NCBI GenBank assembly: GCA_963842525.1 | Contig: CAWJGT010000012.1 | Location: 1-64,000, forward strand | Origin: an uncultured Holophagales bacterium | GTDB lineage: Bacteria > Acidobacteriota > Thermoanaerobaculia > Multivoradales > UBA5704 | DNA: 64,000 nucleotides | Direction: 5' to 3' | Shown: piece by piece, positions 1 to 8,513 of the stretch | Layout of the letters: each line of letters starts with the position of its first letter | How positions within the stretch are numbered: the stretch's first letter is position 1 | The notes under the pieces: generated by a model | Seen by the model: only the letters and a program-made list of their open reading frames with translations | Databases searched by the model: none | Told to the model about the DNA's origin: nothing | Made by a program: the position numbers and the translations under genes

Positions 1-9
1 ATACCTAAG

Positions 10-1092
10 TCAAGGCATCAAGAGCTTGGCAACTGCTACAATGGCGGGCGCGAAGCGGATAGCGTTCACGACGGCTAGGGCCGGCTTTGCGTAGGGATAA
101 GTCTTAAGCCCAAGCAGATGGGTGCGCGCATGAATGAGGTCGGCAGAAAATTTTTTTCCTGTAGACAAACTATCCATTTCGGTTGTGAGCAGCTTGCTTA
201 TAGTCTCCAGAGACTCCCTTCTCTTTATGGCGGCAAATTTATGGACATGGTATACTGCACCGAAGCTTTGGACAAAAAAGAGGAGCGAGAGCCCGGACCA
301 AGGCGCCGTAACAAGAAGGTATGTTTTTGTTACATGTGTAATATGCAGCATATACAGAACAGCGAAAAAATTACCATAGATCAGCATGATCAGCATATTG
401 ATAGAGCCGAATATTGAAACTCCGCCGCAATTATCAGGATGAAAAAAGTCGATCCGCAGTAGATCATGCTGACGCATATATCTCAAAATGATAATGAGAG
501 ATGTAGTTACATGCACTGACACAAACAGAGCCGCAGGATAGACAAGAGTCCAGAGCGAGCAGAGATAGAACTTTGTCGCGTAGAAACCATAAGGATACTG
601 CATTGCGTCGAATACATCGTTTCCGTACGTCCCGACCGGGTCAATAGTCTGGATAATATTTGCGACACCGAAAAGAAATCCGATCAGGGAAAAGAAAAGA
701 AAAAGCCATGCGGACTTCCTGCGTAGCGACAGAGATCGCATGTGCCTCGCTACGAGTCGCTCTAGATCAGGCGGTACAGTGCCAAAAGGGGTATATTTAT
801 GCAATCCTTCCATGGCAGACAAAAATTTCTGGAGTAATACGATGGTGAGAACAATGATTGCAGGGGCGGTCAAAAATATAGTTAGCATCCCATAGTGCTG
901 AAATAATCCCTTGCCTGGAGTTTTCATCGACCATGTGCCATCGATGCGCGAGGCAATGAAGATTATTGAAGGGAGAGTGAGGTAAAGAGCAGTGGCCTTG
1001 ATGCAAGTCCGCCACTTAACAGAATCTTCGCATATCACGGAACTGAGCGCGATGTAGCGTCTGGTCAGAGACTTGAGAGGCATAACGTGCAT
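10..1092 (-). CDS. Multi-pass membrane protein of unknown function (HPDxCGG motif); start may be ATG at 1083
   Basis: 360-aa ORF with about 6 hydrophobic segments, motif DFFHPDNCGG, and lower GC than the core genes. Confidence 0.75.
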   Translation of the reverse strand: MHVMPLKSLTRRYIALSSVICEDSVKWRTCIKATALYLTLPSIIFIASRIDGTWSMKTPGKGLFQHYGMLTIFLTAPAIIVLTIVLLQKFLSAMEGLHKYTPFGTVPPDLERLVARHMRSLSLRRKSAWLFLFFSLIGFLFGVANIIQTIDPVGTYGNDVFDAMQYPYGFYATKFYLCSLWTLVYPAALFVSVHVTTSLIIILRYMRQHDLLRIDFFHPDNCGGVSIFGSINMLIMLIYGNFFAVLYMLHITHVTKTYLLVTAPWSGLSLLFFVQSFGAVYHVHKFAAIKRRESLETISKLLTTEMDSLSTGKKFSADLIHARTHLLGLKTYPYAKPALAVVNAIRFAPAIVAVAKLLMP

Positions 1093-1136
1093 AGGATAAT
1101 CTCTAGTTATCGCTCAAATCCTCACGATGCAGCGAG

Positions 1137-2360
1137 TTGGAGCTGGCTGTCGTGAGGTTCGCAGCAATAGTCCTCCACAGAGGAAGGCCTCCCCGCGGCG
1201 GCTCCATCGCGGCGGAGGAAATTAGCCTGCACGGCAAAGAGGTCATCTCCTATTCGATTGAAATCTTAAGCACTTACTGTGATGAGGTTGAGGTGGTGAA
1301 ACTCGCATCTGACGAGGATCTCGAAGACCGCATTTTTCGCACCTTGCAGGGAATGGTCAGTTCACAGAAGGGAGCTCCCGATTTTGTTGTACTGCATGAT
1401 GCTGCCCGTCCACTGATCACCCACAGCGTTGTACAGGAACTCATGTACCTACTCCTGAGTGGCCGGGAAATAGTTGCAGCTAGCGTACCAGCGCGTGAAC
1501 AGGCTTTAGTCAACCATACTATAGTAAGTGGAGTTCCTTCATTACAAACACCAGAGGGCTTTCCTTTCTTACTATTACTCAAAGCTCATGAGTGGAGAAT
1601 CAAGGAGCGAAGGTCCTTCGCAAGCGGCGTGGCTCTCGTATCATCTTGGCTCGGCGAGCCCCCTACTCTTGTACAGCAAGATATCTTTAATGGTCGAATC
1701 GAAACCTGCGAAGACATGGCCGCCGCGGAGGGAGTTCTCAAGTTTGGTCAGAAAGAAATCGCCGAAGACCCTCCCGATCTCCATGGCCTCCATGTCCTTG
1801 TATTGGGCGGGAGTGGTGGCATCGGCAATGCCTGCATGGATGCGCTTGAAAAGCTCGGGGCAACCTATAATGCGCCCACCCGCCAGCAACTCGACCTCAG
1901 CCGCGAACAGGGCTTTTCGGAGCTAACCACGTGCAATGCTGTGATCCACACAGCAGGCGAGTATAACGCGTCACCTGAAGATATTATGAGAGTTAATTTC
2001 TTTAGCTGCTTTAATATTCTATCTCAAGCGGAATCAAGAAGGTGGGAAGGCAACATTGTATTGATTTCCTCCACAGCGTCCGCATGGGGACGCCAGGGGA
2101 TACCGATCTATTCTGCCTCTAAGGCGGCCCTTAACGCACTTGTTGAATCTGACGCAGCACGCTTGGCATCTAAGGGAATTCTAGTGAACATCGTCGCACC
2201 TGGCAAGGTAAACACGCGTCTTCAAAAGACAATAAATCCTTCGGCAAGAACGGAGACGATGCTCTCGCCTGAGTACGTCGCTAGGATTGTTTGTCGCTAC
2301 CTCCACACAAACCAGTTCGGGAAATTAATCTTCCTCAGAAAAGGTTTTGACTGTGATTGA
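1137..2360 (+). CDS. Bifunctional IspD/TarI-like cytidylyltransferase + SDR oxidoreductase fusion (Bcs1-like architecture)
   Basis: N-half has VLHDAARP and LQTPEGF (IspD family); C-half has GGSGGIG, ISS and YSASK (SDR). Confidence 0.8.
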   Translation: MELAVVRFAAIVLHRGRPPRGGSIAAEEISLHGKEVISYSIEILSTYCDEVEVVKLASDEDLEDRIFRTLQGMVSSQKGAPDFVVLHDAARPLITHSVVQELMYLLLSGREIVAASVPAREQALVNHTIVSGVPSLQTPEGFPFLLLLKAHEWRIKERRSFASGVALVSSWLGEPPTLVQQDIFNGRIETCEDMAAAEGVLKFGQKEIAEDPPDLHGLHVLVLGGSGGIGNACMDALEKLGATYNAPTRQQLDLSREQGFSELTTCNAVIHTAGEYNASPEDIMRVNFFSCFNILSQAESRRWEGNIVLISSTASAWGRQGIPIYSASKAALNALVESDAARLASKGILVNIVAPGKVNTRLQKTINPSARTETMLSPEYVARIVCRYLHTNQFGKLIFLRKGFDCD

Positions 2361-2382
2361 AAATCTAAACGTGATTGATATA

Positions 2383-3504
2383 TCATAGCCAAGCTTCTAT
2401 TAACCAACAAAGCAGCTTTTTTGTTCTCGAAACGGTAGAAACGTTAGAAAGTGTTACAGGTAACGCCTTAGCCGCCTTCTCTTCAACTATCCTTCCCAGA
2501 TGCTGTCTGAGCCGGTTGTCATGCACCTCGAAGTTGACTTCTGAGTTTACAAATAGGCTCAAGGGGTCCCAATTTGCTGATCCTATTAGAGACCAATCTT
2601 CATCGATCGTCATCAGCTTCGAATGGTCAAAAGGCGGGGGGGTGGCCAAAATTATACACCCCTCCTTGAGAAGTAGTTCTAAATGCCTATTCGATGCCCA
2701 CTCGACTACAGCAAAATTGTATTGCGGTATTAGAAGACGCACCATGACTCTCCTTCTGACGGCATCAGCCAAGGCGCTCCTCAAGGCATCTGTGGGCAAG
2801 AAGTACGGAGTCACGACATCTATTCGCTGCTTGGCGGACGAAATCGCGCGGCAAAGAAAGGTCTCAAGCAGGGCCCTCGGATACCCAGGCCCGGTGACTA
2901 GAGGCCTCACAGTTGCGTCACCATGACGCTCCAAGAGTGGGTACCACTCCTCTCCCTCAAGAAGCTCACTTGAGACATCATGCCAATCCCTTGTGAACAA
3001 ACTTTGAAGGATAGAGATAATTGGACCCTCGATTCTGAAGTGCACATCCTGATTAACCTTCGGATCTCCACTATTAACCATCTGAGCGGCCCTGATGGTC
3101 ATGCCCCCACTAAAGCCGAGACGGCCATCTACTATGAGAATCCTCCTATGATATCGGGAGACAAATCTGCGAGTCCTACGGGGTGGCAATATTTGATGGC
3201 GAACCGTAATGCCGCACTTCCTGAGCTTGAGGAACATTCTGCGAAAGAGAGCTCGGCCGTCGATCAGCACTCGAACTTTAACTCCCCTCGCGACGGCTGC
3301 TGCAAGTGTACCGCAAAAGAGGTCTCCGACTTTGTCGTTGGCAAAATAGTATGTCGCGAGTGATATTGAGCAGCGCGCGTTCTCGATGGCAGCAAGCATC
3401 TGTGGGTACGCTGCCTCTCCATTTACCATAGGCGTGACCACATTCCCCGAGATAGGCTGCGTCTCATCGGGCCTTCGATGCGCGAGAAGATCAGATCCTC
3501 CCAT
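2383..3504 (-). CDS. Phospholipase D / cardiolipin synthase-like protein
   Basis: NGEAAYPQML, YHRRILIVDG (variant HKD1), TPYFLP, DHSKLMTID (HKD2), GSANWD. Confidence 0.85.
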   Translation of the reverse strand: MGGSDLLAHRRPDETQPISGNVVTPMVNGEAAYPQMLAAIENARCSISLATYYFANDKVGDLFCGTLAAAVARGVKVRVLIDGRALFRRMFLKLRKCGITVRHQILPPRRTRRFVSRYHRRILIVDGRLGFSGGMTIRAAQMVNSGDPKVNQDVHFRIEGPIISILQSLFTRDWHDVSSELLEGEEWYPLLERHGDATVRPLVTGPGYPRALLETFLCRAISSAKQRIDVVTPYFLPTDALRSALADAVRRRVMVRLLIPQYNFAVVEWASNRHLELLLKEGCIILATPPPFDHSKLMTIDEDWSLIGSANWDPLSLFVNSEVNFEVHDNRLRQHLGRIVEEKAAKALPVTLSNVSTVSRTKKLLCWLIEAWL

Positions 3505-3618
3505 AAGGGTTCCTCCCCATGTATCCTGGTGCAGATGTCTACTCTAAGCGAGATCTCGATGGGTGTCCATAGTCTCAGTGGACGTGAGGATGTGGTAGAC
3601 TCGTTGACTTGCTTGGGG

Positions 3619-5490
3619 ATGACAAAGATGACGACACCGGAGCGCGGGCAGAGAGTTGGCCATAGTAGCACCCACTATGAAGACTTCGCCCTCACCTTAG
3701 AGGCCGACGGGAGTGACTTTCGGGTGCGGTTGCTGCGCTCGCCTTATGGAGGGGGCGAGGCTCGCTTCAACTTGCCGCTTGCCGGCGACGAGATGCAGGA
3801 GCTACTTACGGAATTGGAGAACTCGGTGTGTCGGTGCGGCTCGACAGCCAGCGCGCAGGCTAGGCATCTAACGCTTGTAGAGGCGGAAACTCCCCTTAGT
3901 CCAGAGGGTGCTCCTAATCCGATAGCCCTGACCGTGGGAGAAGTCCTATTCGAAGCTCTCTTCACCGGCACGGTACGCGAGAGATACTTGTCGAGCCTTG
4001 GTTTGGTCGAGGCCCAGCCGGAGGCTGGCCTTCGCATAAGACTGGTCCTCGATCCCTCACGGCCCGAGATCGCCCCTCTCTGCGCTCTTCCCTGGGAGCT
4101 GCTCTATCGCCCTCAGACTCGCCATTTTCTTGCACGGGATGTGCGGACGCCGGTATGCCGCTTCCTCAACGTCCAGCAACCCAGCCGTGCGCTTCCGATC
4201 ATGGGACCTTTGCGTATTCTAGTTGCGATGGCGAGCCCCACCGATGCCCAGGCCCTCGATCTGCCAGCCGAGAGACGACGGATCGAGGCGGCCTGGGCTC
4301 GAACCTCTGGAGTCACTGTCGATTTCATAGAGCACGCCGGCATTGAAAATGTCTATCAGAAGCTGCGGGACGGTGCATATGAGGTGCTGCACTTCATGGG
4401 GCATGGAGACTTTGACGCGGACAAAGGGGTGCTGCTTTTCGAAGACGAGACCGGATGGAGTGCTCCAGTTGCAGGGGAAGTCTTGGGAGAGACCCTACGC
4501 GGTATTCGGTCCCTGCGCCTCGTTGTCCTCAATGCCTGCCAGAGCGCAGCATTCTCCCGCCGATCGGGCCAAGACCCCTATACAGGCGTCGCCAACGCTC
4601 TGGTTATGCGGGGTGTTCCTTCCGTGCTCGCCATGCAGTTTCCGATTTCCGACGAGGCCGCAATCTGCTTCAGTGGAGCGTTCTACTCAGCTCTAGCGGC
4701 CGGCGATCCGGTTGATAGGGCGGCGTCCGAGGGCCGCCTTGCGATCTATCGCGCGGCTCCCTACTCCTTTGAATGGGCGACGCCAGCTCTCTTCCTGAAC
4801 GTCCCTGACGGGCGGCTCTTTGCACCAAGCGCGCAAAACGCCGAAGCGCGGGGCCATGCCGACGGAGTGAATGAAGATTTTGTCTCAGTGGTCTGGGCGG
4901 ATATGCAGCCCCTGTTTATCGTTGACTTCACTCCTCCTACACGGCTTAAGGCGGCGCGCGAAACCACGCCAAGCAACTCACTTCTCACCGGCCGGCGGGG
5001 CGCATGGACAGGTGTATTTGTCGAAGGCGGCTATGTATTGATTAACGATGGCAAGCGCGAAGACATCAAGTACTTTTGTCTGAGCGATAACATGCTCAAT
5101 CTCTCTGAGGCGCCTGTTTCTGTCGAGGTCGCAATCGAAAGCGTGGCCCGGGAACCGGACTTAGCGGGAGCGGGGCTCCTCTATCGCTGCGACTCGCGAA
5201 CTGGATGCTACTACGCGTTTCTGCTGAAACCCGGGCAGAGCTTCGCCTTCTATCGCTTCGATGCCCAAGGCTTCGGCCTAGTCTATAGCGAACTCTCTAC
5301 GGCGATCCGCACCGGGGAACTCAACCGGCTGGCTATACTCGGAGCCGGGCATTCGATCCATCTGTACATCAACGAGCAGCGCGTCAAGACGATCGAGGAG
5401 CCTAACCCTCTCTGGGGGGATCAGGTGGGGATTGTGGCGGTCAGCCGTGGGCGATACCGCTTCGATAACTTCGCTGTCTTCCGGACCTAA
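3619..5490 (+). CDS. CHAT (caspase-like) protease with a C-terminal beta-sandwich, LamG/DUF1080-like domain
   Basis: LPWELL, VLHFMGHG (His) and VVLNACQS (Cys), AMQFPISD; beta-rich C-terminus ending in YRFDNFAV. The ORF is open from 3478; ATG 3619 or 3628 is more plausible. Confidence 0.85.
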   Translation: MTKMTTPERGQRVGHSSTHYEDFALTLEADGSDFRVRLLRSPYGGGEARFNLPLAGDEMQELLTELENSVCRCGSTASAQARHLTLVEAETPLSPEGAPNPIALTVGEVLFEALFTGTVRERYLSSLGLVEAQPEAGLRIRLVLDPSRPEIAPLCALPWELLYRPQTRHFLARDVRTPVCRFLNVQQPSRALPIMGPLRILVAMASPTDAQALDLPAERRRIEAAWARTSGVTVDFIEHAGIENVYQKLRDGAYEVLHFMGHGDFDADKGVLLFEDETGWSAPVAGEVLGETLRGIRSLRLVVLNACQSAAFSRRSGQDPYTGVANALVMRGVPSVLAMQFPISDEAAICFSGAFYSALAAGDPVDRAASEGRLAIYRAAPYSFEWATPALFLNVPDGRLFAPSAQNAEARGHADGVNEDFVSVVWADMQPLFIVDFTPPTRLKAARETTPSNSLLTGRRGAWTGVFVEGGYVLINDGKREDIKYFCLSDNMLNLSEAPVSVEVAIESVAREPDLAGAGLLYRCDSRTGCYYAFLLKPGQSFAFYRFDAQGFGLVYSELSTAIRTGELNRLAILGAGHSIHLYINEQRVKTIEEPNPLWGDQVGIVAVSRGRYRFDNFAVFRT

Positions 5491-5636
5491 CTAAATATAG
5501 AGCACAGAACGCTGGATTTCAACACCCTTGCAGATGCGCATTGGTGCCATCTATAGTATCTTTGGGTCGTCAGAAAGGATCCGCTGTGTGAGAGCTACGC
5601 TTGACCGAGACATCTATGGCCGAGCTCAAACGGCGG

Positions 5637-6443
5637 TCAATCACTCAGCAGCCGGACGATGTTCTCTCGGGTCAGCAGACTTAGCTCATGGGAGGATTCG
5701 AGGAACGGCTGAACGTCTACCTCAATCCGCTTCCAGCCGAGGAGCTGAACTCGTTCGGCCACTGTTGAATGCCAGGTCCGCTCGGTCAGCGATGGACCGG
5801 GCCAGCCGGTCTGCTCCAGGGCATTGTTGAGCAGGAGGAGATTGGGCGCGGGCCAGGTGGGGTCGCTCAGATACCAGATCAGGTCGTAGATGTCCCTGCC
5901 CTTTGGATAGGTACGCTGGAGGATCGCGTGAAGCTTTCCGGCTAAAAGAGAAGCCCGGTCGTGGTGCTGAAGCTGCAACGTCAGATGCCTGCGGATAATG
6001 GTGGTCTCCAGAACCGCTCCGGCCGGAGGGCGGGTGTCGACCTCCAGCTTGACGGAGAGCTTTTCGTTTCGGTGAGGTGAGACGCCCACCTCGAACAGAA
6101 GACCGGTGAAGCCGATGAAGGCGCTGTGGATGGTCCTGGCATCGTTGGCCTTGAGCTCGATTTCGTAACCCTCCTGCTGAAGATCGCTGCGGATATTCTT
6201 GAGGTAGCTCCGGAAGTCGTATCCGCGGTCCGGCCGCTCGAGAGCGAAGTCGAGGTCTTCCGAGTACCTTCGGATCGAGTAGAGAAAGCGCAGGGCCGTG
6301 CCCCCCTGAAACGCCAGGGGGATCATGGCGCCGGAGCGCTGGAGCGACCCGAGAATCCGAGCCTGGAGGTACTCGCGGATGCGGTTCCGGGCGTCCGTCG
6401 CACCCTTAGCCCCGCGGACCAGATTCCGCAGATCCTCTTTCAT
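5637..6443 (-). CDS. AbiEii/AbiGii nucleotidyltransferase toxin (type IV TA)
   Basis: FQGGTALR...RYSEDLDF, AGKLHA, RDIYDL; 4-bp overlap with the upstream antitoxin gene. Confidence 0.9.
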   Translation of the reverse strand: MKEDLRNLVRGAKGATDARNRIREYLQARILGSLQRSGAMIPLAFQGGTALRFLYSIRRYSEDLDFALERPDRGYDFRSYLKNIRSDLQQEGYEIELKANDARTIHSAFIGFTGLLFEVGVSPHRNEKLSVKLEVDTRPPAGAVLETTIIRRHLTLQLQHHDRASLLAGKLHAILQRTYPKGRDIYDLIWYLSDPTWPAPNLLLLNNALEQTGWPGPSLTERTWHSTVAERVQLLGWKRIEVDVQPFLESSHELSLLTRENIVRLLSD

Positions 6444-7081
6444 AGAGCCTCGTACTCCATGGCTTCGGTCTCCGCCAACCGGGCCACGTGCTCAGCGGCG
6501 CGCAGGATCTTGGGTTTCCCGAAAGCTTCCGCCTGTCTTCGGAGCTCGTCCAGGTCCAGAACCTCCATGTGCTGCAGACGAAGCTCGTTCAGGTAGGCGG
6601 GCGCATCAGCGCCCGGCTCCAGATAGATCAGGTCCAGGAGAGCCTTCTCGGGCGTGGCCAGGAACGCCTCCTGTTCGCCTCCCAGGTCCGTGCGCCTGTA
6701 ACCCCGCAGGTGCTCGCTCTGGATGTGCCGGAAGTCGTAGATCCCCAGGGGCGTATCCCAGCGGGCCGGACGAGAGGTGGTGACGCTGGTGGTCACCGGG
6801 ACGTACTCCGGAATCAGGCCGCAATGGGCCAGGGCCGACTGGAGGCTTACGTAGGAGCCCCGGACGAGGCGGTTGGCGACCAGGAACGGATGGGGCTTGA
6901 CCTTCTGGTACGGCGGCGCCAGGGCGTAGAGGCCGCGGCGGAGCTGGTAGAGGCGGCCGGCCTCGACCCAGCGCGAGAGTTGGCGGCGGACATCGGCAGG
7001 ATCGACGTCGCCTGCCAGGAGGAGCCCAGGCTCGAAGACCGGCTCGTCCCCTACGGTCTCCAGCAGCCGCTCGAACTTCAT
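6440..7081 (-). CDS. AbiEi-family antitoxin / transcriptional regulator (type IV TA)
   Basis: QLSRWVEAGRLYQLRRGLY wHTH, SYVSLQSALAHCGLIPE, ATPEKALLD. Confidence 0.9.
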   Translation of the reverse strand: MKFERLLETVGDEPVFEPGLLLAGDVDPADVRRQLSRWVEAGRLYQLRRGLYALAPPYQKVKPHPFLVANRLVRGSYVSLQSALAHCGLIPEYVPVTTSVTTSRPARWDTPLGIYDFRHIQSEHLRGYRRTDLGGEQEAFLATPEKALLDLIYLEPGADAPAYLNELRLQHMEVLDLDELRRQAEAFGKPKILRAAEHVARLAETEAMEYEAL

Positions 7082-7135
7082 GCGTCCAAGCTACCAAAGA
7101 TGGCAACTTGCTGCAACGGATTCCCGGCCCGGAAG

Positions 7136-7681
7136 CGGACAGTTCTCCTCGCAGTCCGAGCGGCTCTCCACAGGGAGCGGACGGTCTTTCCTGCGATGCG
7201 GGGCGCTCTGCACGCGAAGCGGACGGTTCTGAATCCATCGAGGGTCATCTGTTAGGCGTTCCGGACGGTTCTGAACGCGTTGAGGACGGTTCCGAGTGCG
7301 CAGCGGATGGTTCTGAATGCGTTCCGCACCATCCTCTTCGCGTTGCGGACGGTCCTGTGCCCCTTGAGGACCGTCCGATAGGCGTTCCGGATGGTCCTGA
7401 ACGCATCGAGGATCGTTCGATATGTGTTTCGGACGGTCCTGAATGCCTTGCGGACGGTTCTGAAGGCGCAACGGACGATCCGGAACGCGTTGCGAATCGT
7501 CCTTTTCGCCTTTCGCACCGTCCTTTATGCATATCGGACGGTTCTCAACGCGTTGAGGAACGTCCGCTGGGCGTTCCGGATGGTTCGAAATCCATCGAGG
7601 ACCGTCCGGACCGCGTCGAGGACCGTCCGTTACGCATCGAGAGCGGCCCTGAAGGGTCTCAGGACCGGCCGGAGCCCGCAG
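7136..7681. repeat. Degenerate tandem array of 26 x 21-bp units, consensus about CGGACGGTYCTGAACGCGTTG
   Basis: Units counted by eye; the register is kept without indels from 7136 to 7681; each unit is two abutting near-palindromes. Confidence 0.9.
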
Positions 7682-7811
7682 CGATTCGGCGAGGTCCCAG
7701 ACCCGTTCGCCGTCGCGATGAGCCCAGAGGCCCTTGAGACTATACTGGGCAAGAAGGAAGCGCGAAGGGTTCTCTGGAGCCGGAATCAGCTTGCATCTGA
7801 AGGAGGAGCTT

Positions 7812-8513
7812 ATGGTCCATGCGAGAGAAGCTGTGCGTTTGGCGGGGTCCGTCCTCGACCGCTCGCGGCACGTTTGCGCCTTTTTCAACAGCAAGGACGA
7901 GGAGTACCGCGTCCTCCTGCCCTTCATCCAGGAGGGCTTCGAGGTGGGGGACAAGGCCTTCCATATCGTCGACGGGAGGCGCCGCGCGGACCACCTGCGG
8001 CACCTGGCACAGGCTGGCATCGACGTCACAACGGCTCAGGACGCGGGCCAGTTGGAGGTCCTCCCGTGGGAGGAGGCGTATCTCCGGGAGGGGCACTTCG
8101 ACCAGGATGCCATGCTCGCGCTGATCGAGGTGGTCCTGAACGGCGGCAAGTCCCAGGGATTCCCCCTGACCCGCCTGGTGGCTAACATGGAGTGGGCGCT
8201 GGAGGACCGGCCGGGAGTGAACGATATCGTGGCGTACGAGGCCCGGCTCAATTACATCCTCCCCAAGTATGACGATGCCGTGGTCTGAACGTACGACTGC
8301 GCCAAGTTTGGCGCCGGGATCGTGCTCGACATCCTCCGCACCCATCCCATGGTCATCCTGGGAGGCATCCTGCAGGAGAACCCCTTCTTCGTCCCGCCGG
8401 ACGAGTTCCTGCGCGAGCTCCGCGAGCGGGAGGGCCCGGGCTCTCCTGCCAGTACGCCTCCCAGGTCGGAAGGGATGAGGGTCGCGCCCGATGCAGCCGG
8501 CGAAAGCGGATGA
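7812..8513 (+). CDS. MEDS-domain sensor protein with an in-frame TGA at 8286-8288 (putative selenocysteine)
   Basis: RBS AGGAGG at 7801; RHVCAFF, TRLVANMEW, YEARLN; after DAVV-TGA the frame continues TYDC..DILRTHPMVILGGILQENPFFVPPDEFL (the MEDS C-terminus). Confidence 0.8.
8289..8324 (+). promoter_or_regulatory. Candidate bacterial SECIS hairpin
   Basis: Upper stem GCGCCA(8299-8304)/TGGCGC(8309-8314), loop AGTT starting 16 nt after the TGA, lower stem TACGA/TCGTG. Confidence 0.6.

Noticed and set aside
7136-7681. CRISPR array or DGR template interpretation of the 21-bp repeats
   Set aside because: The units abut with no unique spacers, there are no cas genes, and there is no paired TR/VR with adenine-specific differences.
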